From assembly GCF_006345805.1 (NCBI RefSeq), contig NC_043010.1, positions 11,470,001-11,534,000 of the forward strand: a DNA stretch of 64,000 nt. Direction: 5' to 3'. This document shows, in pieces, positions 52,795 through 63,969 of this stretch. A program made the position numbers and the translations under genes. Origin of the DNA: Octopus sinensis (taxonomy: Eukaryota). Under the pieces are notes generated by a model. It was not told the origin of the DNA and did not search any database. It saw only the letters and a list, made by a program, of their open reading frames with translations. Each line of letters opens with the position of its first letter. Within the stretch, counting starts at the first letter, position 1.

Positions 52795-52982
52795 ATGTGT
52801 ACCGTTGGCGATTTTTTCCTTTGTCTTCCCTTCTCTGGATCTTTCCTTCTCCTATGATTCCGACGAAGAGCTCCGCTCGAAACGTTAAACCCTCCTTGTT
52901 TCCTTCTTTCCTGACCGTCCAATAATTCTATTTGTTCCACATCCTCGCGTTGTTGTTTTTTTTTGTGTTTTCTAGTTTGGAT

Positions 52983-52990
<8 letters not shown>
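52795..52990 (+). mobile_element. About 190-bp element (family E) carrying a minimal hammerhead-like motif; Penelope-terminus or retrozyme-like
   Basis: Contains ccgacga-a-gagc-tcc-gctc-gaaac-gtt at 52860-52886; a second copy lies at ~55800. Confidence 0.55.
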
Positions 52991-53024
<34 letters not shown>

Positions 53025-53606
53025 GTATATATGTTTATGCATCTGTGTAAATAAATATAAATATTTATATTTATACGTACACCACACATCATTATTGGCA
53101 TCATCATTATTATTTAACGTCTGTCTTCCTTGATGACATTGTTTGTGCAGTTTGATAGGATCTGAATGCATTGAGCTTCAAGCTGCTTCCAGGGTCCACT
53201 TTGGCATGGGTTTTCTAAAACAGGATGCTAGACCCTTTTTTTTTTCATAGCCTTTGAGACTGAGGATATCCACAATCCTGTGATCTGGCCTGAATTCTTA
53301 CGACACAGTTCATTCTGCCAAATACATCCAATGATGGGATTAGCAGGTGGATGGGATTAGCAGGAACCCACAAATTTAGAATGTAAAAATGTTGGGTCAG
53401 AATCTTATTCAGCACTTTGATCATTCTACTAATTTATCCTCTTGGATTTCTACTTTATTTTATCAACCACCAAAGAATGAAATCCAAAGTAGACTTTGGT
53501 GGGATTGGAACTCGGAGAGCACAGAGCCAGAACTAATACAACAAAGCACTTTGTCCTATGTTCTAATGACTTTGCCAATGTTCCACATATTAATTTTATT
53601 CAATTA

Positions 53607-53987
53607 TTACTCTTTTACTTGCTTTTACTTGCCATGCTGGAGCACCGCCTTTAATCGAGCAACTTGACCTCGGGACTTACTCTTTTGTAAGCCCAGTACT
53701 TATTCTATCAGTCTCTTTTGCCGAACCGCTAAGTAACGGGGACATAAACACACCAGCATCAGTTGTCAAGCAATGCTAGGGGGACAGACAGATGCACAAA
53801 CACACACATATATATACATATATACGACAGGCTTCTTTCAGTTTCCGTCTACCAAATCCACTCACAAGGCTTTGGTTGGCCTGAGGCTACAGTAGAAGAC
53901 ACTTGCCCAAGGTGTCACACAATGGGACTGAACCCGGAACCATGTGATTAGTAAACAAGCTACTTACCACACAACCACTCCCGCGCC
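53607..53987 (-). mobile_element. SINE family C with a small 3' deletion
   Basis: Reverse-complement match to family C. Confidence 0.88.
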
Positions 53988-54320
53988 TATAGAAAATGAT
54001 TTTTTTAATGTTGATATTAACTAAAAAGGGAGGTTATGGTTTATTGATTTTTACCAAATGGATAATAATGGTCATAAAGTTGAGACCTGTTTATCTATTC
54101 AGACCATGAGTATAGTTTAATGTCTGTCCCTACTAATTCTACCAATTATGCTTTTAGTATCTTTGTCACTAAGTGGGGTGTTCACCAGAGTCAATGTGGT
54201 TACAGTGTAAGATTATTATGGATTAGACTAGGTTGAGTGTATTGTAACCAGGAACAAAACTTATGAAGATTTCATAATATATTTATTTAAAGAAAGGCTG
54301 TACACACATCTTCAGCTTTC

Positions 54321-54733
54321 GGCGGCGAGCTGGCAGAATTGTTAGGATGCCAGGTGAAATGCTTTGCGGTATTTCGTCCACCGCTGCGTTCTGAGTTCAA
54401 ATTCCGCCGAGGTCGACTTTGCCTTTCATCCTTTCGGTGTCGATAAATTAAGTACCAGTTATGCACTGGGGTCGATGTAATCGCCTTAATACCTATGCCT
54501 GTCCTTGTTTGTCCCCTCTGTGTTTAGCCCCTTATGGGTAGTAAAGAAATAGGTATTTCGTCCGCCGCTGCATTCTGAGTTCAAATTCTGCTGAGGTCGA
54601 CTTTGCCTTTCATCCTTTCGGTGTCGATAAATTAAGTACCAGTTACGCACTGGGGTCGGTGTAATCGATTTAATCCCTTTGTCTGTCCTTGTTTGTCCTC
54701 TCTATGTTTAGCCCCTTGTGGGTAGTAAAGAAA
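54321..54733 (+). mobile_element. SINE family B with a tandem repeat of its 3' ~185 bp
   Basis: Full copy to ~54550, then ggtatttcgtcc... restarts and runs to a second taaagaaata end. Confidence 0.85.
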
Positions 54734-54761
54734 TAAGTTTAAAGTTACAGATGGCTAATGG

Positions 54762-55290
54762 TATGTCCATCCATGCTCAGAGTTTGCACCACTAGTCCGG
54801 AACCCTTATCTTGCTCTGTGTATCAATCTCCTGGAAACTGTTCAGAAACTTGCCACCAGACAAATACTCAGTGTCAGGTATCTATCATGCTGTGAATGTT
54901 TTGCTTCGCTGAATATGGACACGTTAAAGCTCCAACGTCTAGCAACTGTTTTGATAGACATCCACGGGATTATCTGCCATCTTTCCAACAATAACTTTCG
55001 GCCCCTTTTTAAATTCCCTAAATCTAACATTCATGGAAATGCTTAACAACGCAGCACCCATAGCATTTGGAAATACTTCTCATATTCAGAACTAATGAAA
55101 CATGGAACAAACTGCCCACATCAGTTGTTAGCTGTTGGGACTCTACATCCTTCAAAACTTCCACGCTTCCTGGAATTCACGAACAGTACACCTGATGACC
55201 CCCACCTGATGTAGTGTCCCAGTACATGGAATATACACAGAAAGGGAGCAGTGAATAAGTTGTTAAATATAAATAAATACAATGAATAAA
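54762..55290 (+). mobile_element. CR1/L2-type LINE 3' fragment (ORF2 C-terminus and probable 3' UTR)
   Basis: Translations YVHP..EFA..VRNPYL..INLLETVQKLATR and TWNKLPTSVV..SFKT match CR1-type ORF2 ends. The latter frame stops at about 55195. Confidence 0.8.
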
Positions 55291-55569
55291 TAGGTGTAGG
55301 AGTGGCTGTGTGGTAAGTAGCTTGCTTACAAACCACATGGTTCCGGGTTCAGTCCCACTGCATGGCACCTTGGGCGAGTGTCTTCTACTACAGCCTCGGG
55401 CCGACCAAAGCCTTGTGAGAGGATTTGGTAAACGGAAACTGAAAGAAGCCCGTCGTATATGACTCCCATCTCATTGTATTTATTTATTTTTAACAACTTG
55501 TTCACTGTTCACTTTCTGTGTATATTCTATGTACTGGGACACTACATCAGGTGGGGTGTCATCAGGTGT
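55188..55569. repeat. Inverted repeat with ~98-bp arms (55188-55285 and 55471-55569) around a SINE half
   Basis: Manual alignment of the arms shows about six differences. Confidence 0.9.
55293..55460 (+). mobile_element. SINE family C, 5' half only
   Basis: Runs from the head to gaagcccgtcgtatat, then stops. Confidence 0.85.
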
Positions 55570-55756
55570 TCTTCGTCAAAGATGAAGGCAGATTCGCAGG
55601 ATGATCAGAGAAAGCCTATCAAAAATGTGTGTGCAAATTATACGTTAAAGTCTATTTGCTTTTGCAAGATTAGAGAGTCGTATTATTAATTTACCAAATA
55701 TATCCTGAAATACCTCCCACACATTCTTTCTGTCTCTCTCACTCTCTCCCTGTATA

Positions 55757-55799
<43 letters not shown>

Positions 55800-55802
<3 letters not shown>

Positions 55803-55985
55803 ACCTCGTGAGTACCGCTGGCGATTTTTTTTCTCGGGATCTTTCCTTCTCCTATGTGTTCCGACGAAGAGCTCTGCTCGAAACGTTAAAACCCCTTCTT
55901 CCCTTCTTTCCTGAGCGTCCAATAATACTTTTTGTTCCACGTCCCCGCATTGTTGTGTTTTTTTTGTGGTTTCTTGTTGGATGAA

Positions 55986-55990
<5 letters not shown>
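55800..55990 (+). mobile_element. Second family-E element with the hammerhead-like motif
   Basis: ccgacga-a-gagc-tct-gctc-gaaac-gtt at 55861-55887; the body aligns with 52795-52990. Confidence 0.55.
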
Positions 55991-56017
<27 letters not shown>

Positions 56018-56029
56018 GATATATATATA

Positions 56030-56181
56030 TAATACTATATATATACACACACACACACAGATATATTATATAATATCAATATACATATATATGATGAATA
56101 TGTAGATATATGTAAATATATAGATATGCGTGGGTATGTATGTATCATATGTATATATGTATATGTTTGGATTAACTTATA

Positions 56182-56236
<55 letters not shown>

Positions 56237-56700
56237 GATCTATATATAAATATCAATAACATATATATAGATGAATATGTAGATATATGTAAATATATAG
56301 ATATGTGTGTGTATGTATGTATCATATGTATATATGTATATGTTTGGATAACTTTATATTATATATATATATATTATATATTATATATATTATACACACA
56401 CACAACACACAGATATATATATAAATATCAATATATATATATAGATGAATATGTAGATATATGTAAATATATAGATAGCGTGTGTATGTATGTATCATAT
56501 GTATATATGTATATGTTTGGATTAACTTTATATATAATTATGATATAATATCTTATATATAATATATATATAACACACACACACAGATAATATATAAATA
56601 TCAATATACTATATATAGATGAATATGTAGATATATGTAAATATATAGATATGTGTGTGTATGTGTGTATCATATGTATATATGTATATGTATGTATATA
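56030..56700. repeat. Higher-order tandem repeat: about four units of ~175 bp built from microsatellite blocks
   Basis: Marker gatgaatatgtagatatatgtaaatatatagat at 56093, 56270, 56444 and 56618. Confidence 0.9.
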
Positions 56701-56780
56701 TGTATATGTATGTATATATGTATGCATGCAGGTATGTACATATAGCTACATACAGATACAGATACATATAAATACATATG

Positions 56781-57081
56781 TCACGTCATGTGACCAACCA
56801 GCCCATCAGATGTAGTTACACATCGCTGGTCACAATGCGTTCGCATTGTTTTAGCCTTCGAATGACGCCACCCCGCTGGCTAAGCGAGCAGACCAACAGA
56901 AGAAAGAGTGAGAGAAAGTTGTGGTGAAAGAGTACAGCAGGGATCACCACCCCCTGCCGGAGCCTCATGGAGCTTTTAGGTGTTTTCGCTCAATAAACAC
57001 TCACAACGCCCGGTCTGGGAATTGAAACGCGATCCTACGGCCGCGAGTCCGTTGCCTTAACCACTGGGCCATTGCGCCTCC
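56781..57081 (-). mobile_element. SINE family D
   Basis: Reverse-complement, full length. Confidence 0.9.
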
Positions 57082-57112
57082 AAATACATATGTACACACA
57101 CTAATATATGTA

Positions 57113-57153
<41 letters not shown>

Positions 57154-57504
57154 ATGTGTGTGTGTGTTCTGAAATGTCTATTACTTTCAGACTTGAAATC
57201 CTACAAAGAACAATTGCCCTACCATTCATCTGTGGGTTGGTAAAATGAATACCAGTCACCTACTTGGGTCCATTTAATGTTCTTGTAATTCGTTTTAGAT
57301 GTGAATGGAAGGAATTATAACTGAAAACTAATATTGTGTATACCTCGCTTCTAAGTAGGTGCACCATGGTACTTCGTATCATAAGGGGTGACGGGCAGGG
57401 CTATTGACAAGAAAGGTGTCCAGCCAAACAGTGCTACCCCAAAACTGGACCTACCAACCCATACCAAGAAGAAGAATGGACAGATGATAAAGGGTGAGGT
57501 TGAA

Positions 57505-58680
57505 AAAGGAGGAGGAGGTGACGAGGAGGAGGAGGTGACGAGGAGGAGGAGGTGACGAGGAGGAGGTGACGAGGAGGAGGAGGTGACGAGGAGGAGGAGG
57601 TGGCGAGGAGGAGGAGGTGACGAGGAGGATGAGGATGAGGAGGAAGGTGACGAGGAGGATGGGGGGAGGGTGATGATGATGAGGAGGAGGCAGAGGAGAT
57701 GGAGGAGGGGGAGGAGGAGGAGGAAGGTGATGATGATGATGATGAGGAGGAGGAAGGTGACGAGGAGGAGGAGAGGAAGGTGATGACGAGGAGGAGAGGG
57801 AAGGTGACGATGATGAGGAGGAGGAGGAAGGTGACGAGGAGGAGGAGGATAAATGACATGACAGTATGAGATCTATCTAACCCATACCAGCATGAAAAAA
57901 TTAAAATGGATATAAGACGTTGATGATGATGACGATGATGGTGATGATGAATATGATGATGACGATGTCCAATGTCAACAATGAGGATGATGGACGATGA
58001 TGATGCATATGACAGTGACAATGACGATGATGTCAACAATGATGATGATGAGAGTGATGATAGTGACAATGATGAAAATGATGACAATATTGACTATGAT
58101 GGTGATGATAACGATGACAGTGACAATGATGATGATAATGATGATGATGATGATAACGATGACGACGGCAAGGAGGAGGAGGAGGAGCAGGAGGAAGAGG
58201 TGGAGGGAGAGTTTGGCACCACCTACGCCAATGATAATAATGATGATGATGATGATGATGATGATGAAGTTTGAGCATCTGGCTGTGTTAAATTAACCTA
58301 GTTCAGGTAGTAATAAAATATAATTAATGATGTAGTAAATTAAAAACAAACAAAAAAAATCAATAAGAAGTGTAATATTTTACTGCCCCCCCCCCACCAA
58401 CTGCCCCTTTCCATATATTAACCCCTTTCAAACCAACACACATAAAACATAAAACTGTGCAGCCTTTAAAATAATCAAATTTAAATTCAAATCTTGTTCT
58501 GAAATTTCATCATCATCATCACCATCATCATCACCATAACCATCACCATCCTCCTCCTCATCATCACCACCACCACCACCATCATCATCATCATTTTCAT
58601 CACTGCCACCATCACCACCACCAACACAACCAGTAACATCATCATCACCACCATCATCGTCATCATTATCATCAAATACC
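57505..58680. repeat. (GAG)/(GAC)/(GAT) trinucleotide tracts and an opposite-strand (CAT)/(CAC) tract
   Basis: Read directly; includes repeats of ggaggaggtgacga. Confidence 0.93.
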
Positions 58681-59334
58681 AGTTTATTGTATTGATAAGC
58701 AACAAAATTCGTTATTTCAATTAATCTCTCATAATTATTGACTGCGTTTGGAAACTAAAACATATGGCTGTGTATATTCTTGTCGGAAATATGAAAATAT
58801 GATCAGCAAAGCATTTTGGTTAAATGTTACCAAATTGAGTAATAATTATAATAACAGGAAGTGAAAGAGAACCAGTGTGTGTTTATTATTGGTAGAATGA
58901 CCCTCCCAAGATTCAACAAAATAAGTGTTGAAACATTCACAAGAATAAAAATTTCATTTTAAACACATGGATCCCAGTAAGACTGTATAGGTAAGAAGTT
59001 TCCTTTGCAGCTATGTGGTCTTGGGCCCTAACTTTCTAAGTGACAGCTGGGGAAAGTACTTTTTAGCATGTCCTAAGGTCATCCAAAAGCTTTGTAAGTG
59101 AAATTTCGTAGACAGAAACTATTCAGCAGGTTGAGGGAGGAGACCACACTCTTGTTTCTTGGGGTGGGGACAGAGCTAGATTAAGACCCATAGAGGTCCT
59201 AAGCATTTTAAAGATTTTGGTGTCCCCCCCATATATATGTAATTCAAAATATAAACAATAATAAACCTGAAAATAATTTTTTCTTTTTTGTTTTCTTAAA
59301 TGAAACGAATCTAATAGCAAGATGGAAAATAATG

Positions 59335-59735
59335 ACGGGCTTCTTTCAGTTTCCGTCTACCAAATCCACTCACAAGGTTTTGGTCGGCCCGAGGCTATAG
59401 TAGAAGAAACTTGCTCAAGGTGCCATGCAGTGGGACTGAACCCGGAACCATGTGGTTGGTAGATAAGCTACTTACCACACAGCCACTCCTGCGCCTAAAA
59501 TAGTGACGTCTTTTAATCATCTACTAAAAAGATTGTACTTTGTTTGACGAACAGTGTTGGTGTGTTTACGGCCCTGCAACTTAGCGGTTCGGTAAAAGAG
59601 ACCAATAAAATAAGCACTAGACTGTTTAAAAAAATCCTGGGGTCGATTTGTTCAACTAAAACCCTTCAAGGTAACGTTCCAGCATGGCCAGAGTCAAATG
59701 ACTGAAGCACGTAAAAGGATGCAAGAATAAAGAAT
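59335..59735. mobile_element. Family-C 5' half (minus, ~59335-59497) and diverged 3' half (plus, ~59550-59735)
   Basis: Recognisable family-C motifs. Confidence 0.75.
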
Positions 59736-60154
59736 AAGGACTATCATATGTCTATGATGATAGTTATGGTGACGAAGATGATACAATGATAAGGATCCTC
59801 ATCATCATTATCACCAACATCATTATCATCATCATCATTAACGTCGTCTCCGAGGCCGCCGCCGCCATCTTCGTCGTCACTACCTTGAAATTCTTTTCCC
59901 TATTTTCGCCTTAGAATTATACAATCAACTCGAAGATATTTAGAAATTCTCTCTCTCTCCCTCTGCTACCATTCTTGTCACCAAAACATCCTGCTATTTT
60001 CCATCCACGAACCAACAAGGGTCTTTCCGATTGCTTGTCCAATTTGCTAGAAATAGCAGTCAAATCTTCTTCAACGCACATTAAATACTGAGGTTATATA
60101 CAGCCTTTAAAAAAACACAGGGTGGTTACAGTTTGGATGTCTTTTATCCTTAAA

Positions 60155-60551
60155 CTAGCAGTAACGCCCGGCGTTGCTCGGGTTTGTAAGGGAAATAACT
60201 ATATAAGCATTTTTAGAGAGTTATAGCCAAAAAATAGCAAAAAAATGCATTAAAAATGGAAAAAAAATGATGGTAAATTTTTTTACGTTGACTCATCGTA
60301 GACATTTTTAGAGAGTTACTTCCCTTATATAATGGAGAAAAAATGCATTAAAATGGAAAAAAATGATGGTAACTTTTTTTTTAAAATCGTAGACTCATCG
60401 TAGACGCGCGCTAATACCCAGAAGGGCTCGATATGAATCACGACTATAAGATACCCGCTTTTGGTTAAACTGCACCGCAAAATGTGGGAGTAGTTAGGAA
60501 TCTAAATCGTAGGAGACAGACTGCACACAACCTCACTTTTATATATAAAGA
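60155..60551 (-). mobile_element. Non-autonomous Helitron (two internal units)
   Basis: Near-identical to 2887-3290; directly abuts the next copy. Confidence 0.85.
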
Positions 60552-61056
60552 CTAGCAGTATCGCCCGGCGTTGCTCGGGTTTGTAAGGGAAATAACTATA
60601 TAAGCATTTTTAGAGAGTTACTTCCCTTATAAATTCGGGCTTTCTTAGCCATTTTTATTTTGGTGTCTTCAAGCCATGAAGTCGTTGTTCTAAAAGAACG
60701 CTGGTTTCCTTCACAACGCATTACGACGTTGATTTCTTTACACTCCCTTCCCCACAGCTTCACGAGGGAGGGAAGGGGAGAAGCAAACAGGTGCAGCTGT
60801 GAGCGTGGACGCCAACTCCGCCGCCATCGACACACGATGCATTTTATGCATTAAAATGGAATAAAAAATGATGTTAAATTATTTTTAAAATCGTAGACTC
60901 ATCGTTGACGCGCGCTAATAGTCAGACGGGCTCGATATGAATCACGACTATAAGATACCCGAATTTGGTTAAACTGCACCGCAAAATGTGGGAGGAGTTA
61001 GGAATCTAAATCGAAGGGGACAGACACTCACACAACTAGAGTTTTATATATATAGA
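60552..61056 (-). mobile_element. Non-autonomous Helitron variant with about 210 bp of extra internal sequence
   Basis: Same CTAG, hairpin and TC termini. The segment ~60631-60840 is absent from the other three copies. Confidence 0.8.
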
Positions 61057-61316
61057 TAACACGTCCTTTTATGATTATTTTACTCAAACGTCTTATTCAT
61101 GTATAATTCTAATCAGTCGCTTCTTCTGCATCTATTATAATCCCTACCATTTCATAAAACTCCAGTACTCTCCCTTGCACCATTTCTTGTTATGCTGAAT
61201 GGAATTTTTGTGTTACTGTTCTATATTCATATCGCACTCAGCTACTATTAATGCATCTAAAATGTTTTAATTGGGAACAGGAGGGAAAAAGAGCCACTCG
61301 ACCTGCAAGAAATAGC

Positions 61317-61610
61317 GGATCTTTTCGGTTTGAACGGCAGTTTTTTAACATAATTTCCACGTAACTAAACACTTTTAAACTTCGTATACTGGTAGAATGT
61401 GTTTATAAAACATCTTTTTCTCTTGGCTTTATTGAGAAAATTCTATAGTTTGTAAGATATTTGTTTTGTTGTTGTTTTTTCTTCAATTTCTGCAATTTCA
61501 ACCAATCAATGACGTCTATTGAGGTAAAAAAAACATTCTGTGCCGTATGAATATGTCCCTCGTTTAAGAAACAGATTGGGTTTATTTACATTTCTGAAGA
61601 AAAAAAAGAT
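61317..61610 (+). mobile_element. MITE family G, left ~295 bp only, followed by a diverged minus-strand family-C SINE (~61615-61865)
   Basis: Left TIR and body match the 44151 copy; the right end is absent. Confidence 0.82.
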
Positions 61611-61686
61611 ATGGGGACGCAAACAAACCAATCCCAGTTGTCAAATGGTGTAGGGGACAAGCATAACACAAGCACAATGACACATG

Positions 61687-61717
<31 letters not shown>

Positions 61718-61914
61718 ACGCACACACACACACACACACATATATATACGATGAGCTTATCAATTTTCGTCTACGAAATCCACTCACAAGGCTTTAGTCC
61801 ACCTCGGACTATTGGAGAAGACACTTGGCCAAGGTGCTTCGCAGTGGAACACAAGACCACATGGGTTTTTTTTCCCTCAAACATGTACTTCTTTCAGCGT
61901 AATTTCGGTATAAG

Positions 61915-61949
<35 letters not shown>

Positions 61950-62521
61950 GGGTTAGGGTTAGGGTTTGTGTTAGGGTTAGGGGTGGGAGAAAAGGGTTTC
62001 TGTTATCTTCAGAAATGTGAACAAAGTCACGCGTGTACTTATACCGAAGGATCGCCCTTCTTTCAGATTACCTCAGCATTTGGACGACAAAACCCCTAAT
62101 ATGCATAAAAAGACGACATGGTCACGGCTGGAACGCCTTTGACCATAATAAGCCTACTCCATCAAGTCTAACAGCTACGATAACTTTCCTGGAATAAACT
62201 TGAAGTTCCTGATACAACGAACTGAGGCGATTTACGCAGTTACTTCCCTTGAACCAGCTAAATCGAATTTTTTTTTTTTTGTTGCTAATTTTCCCTAAAT
62301 AGAAGTTCGATGTTGCAATTCGAGACGAACAAGATTGGTTTGATTTAAAATTTGGAATTTCTGGGGCAAAGATCGGTTCTCAGGATAGTGTATGGGACAA
62401 GTTTGATAGAGCTATTAGCATTCCTTTCAGTATATATTTCCACTTGTCTGAGGATTGTGCAAACAGTAATTTCCCCTCTTCTAAAGAATTTTGTCTTAGT
62501 TATACTGACAACACTCAATGT

Positions 62522-62943
62522 GGATCTTTTCGGTTTGAACGGCAGTTTTTTCTAGCGGTGTCATATGAAATTGTCACTCATAATTATAACCCTAGTATCG
62601 ATCTATTGCATTTAAATCTGTTTTAGGGTTAGGGTTAGAGGTAGCGGGAAGGGTATCTTTTTTTCTTCACAAATGTAAATAAACCCAATCTGTTTCTTAA
62701 ACGAGGGACATATTCATACGGGACAGAATGTTTTCACCTCAAATAGACGTCATTGATTGGTTGAAATTGCAGAAATTGAAGAAAAAAATAGAAAAACAAA
62801 TATCTAACAAACTATAGAATTTTCTCAATGAAGCCAAGAGAAAAAGATGTTTTATAAACACATTCTACCAATATACGAAGTTTAAAAGTGTTTAGTTACG
62901 TGGAAATCATTTTTAAAAACTGCCGGACAAACCGAAAAGATCC
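62522..62943 (-). mobile_element. MITE family G, full length, inverted
   Basis: Both TIRs present; TSD ctcaatgt / ttcaatgt (7 of 8 match). Confidence 0.9.
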
Positions 62944-63029
62944 TTCAATGTTTCCCAAACCACTTGGGTGCTTGAATTATTTCAGAAATAATAGAAGGAT
63001 TTAATAGATACTAAATTTTTCTTAATCTA

Positions 63030-63200
63030 GGCGCAGGAGTGGCTGTGTGGTAAGTAGCTTGCTTACCAACCACATGGTTCCGGGTTCAGTCTCACTGCAT
63101 GGCATCTTGGGAAAGTGTCTTCTGCTATAGCCTCGGGCCGACCAATGCCTTGTGAGTGGATTTGGTAGACGGAAACTGAAAGAAACCTGTCGTATATAGG

Positions 63201-63256
<56 letters not shown>

Positions 63257-63465
63257 TTGTGTGTCTGTGTTCGTCTCCCTAGCATTGCTTGACAACCGAT
63301 GCTGGTGTGTTTACGTCCCCGTTACTTAGTGGTTCGGCAAAAAAGACCAATAAAATAAGTACTGGGCTTACAAAGAATAAGTCCCGGGGTTGATTTGCTC
63401 GATTAAAGGCGGTGCTCCAGCATGGCCACAGTCAAATGACTGAAACAAGTAAAAGAGAAAGAGAG
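63030..63465 (+). mobile_element. SINE family C, full length
   Basis: Matches family C from head to tail. Confidence 0.92.
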
Positions 63466-63750
63466 AAATGTTGAAAATGATATTTTCCTCACTCTGCCAT
63501 AAGGCTGATGGCTATTATTTTATTTTTTCCTTGGTAGTGTCAGGGGAGATAATGAAACTGTTTAGATTATATAAATAATAGTACGTTATTTTTAACTATT
63601 TATTTATTGAAGATTTTAAGATTACCATTGATTGAGGTTGATTATCAATCTGTACCGGAAAAGTTTCTCTTCAGGGTACCGAACTGGAAAAGCATTTATA
63701 TTTTTCTTTGCTGTTTTTTCCTTTGTTTTTTTTTTTCTTCAGTATTTTGT

Positions 63751-63969
63751 TTACTCTTTTACTCTTTTACTTGTTTCAGTCATTTGACTACGGCCATGCT
63801 GGAGCATCGCCTTTAGTCGAGCAACTCGACCCCGGGACTTATTCTTTTGTAAGCCTAGTACTTATTCTATCGGTCTCTTTTGCCGAACCGCTAAGTGACG
63901 GGGATGTAAACACACCAGCATCGGTTGTCAAGCAATGCTAGGGGGACAAACACAGACACACAAACACAT

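Noticed and set aside
57434-58296. Acidic D/E-rich and Ser-rich ORFs
   Set aside because: Trinucleotide repeat tracts attached to retroposon tails, open in several frames on both strands.
59855-59880. YY1-like motif gccgccatctt
   Set aside because: It lies within a degenerate (CAT)/(CGC)/(CGT) trinucleotide tract, with no promoter context.
61317-62943. Composite transposon bounded by the outer family-G TIRs
   Set aside because: The outer flanks (gaaatagc versus ttcaatgt) do not match, and the right copy has its own TSD.
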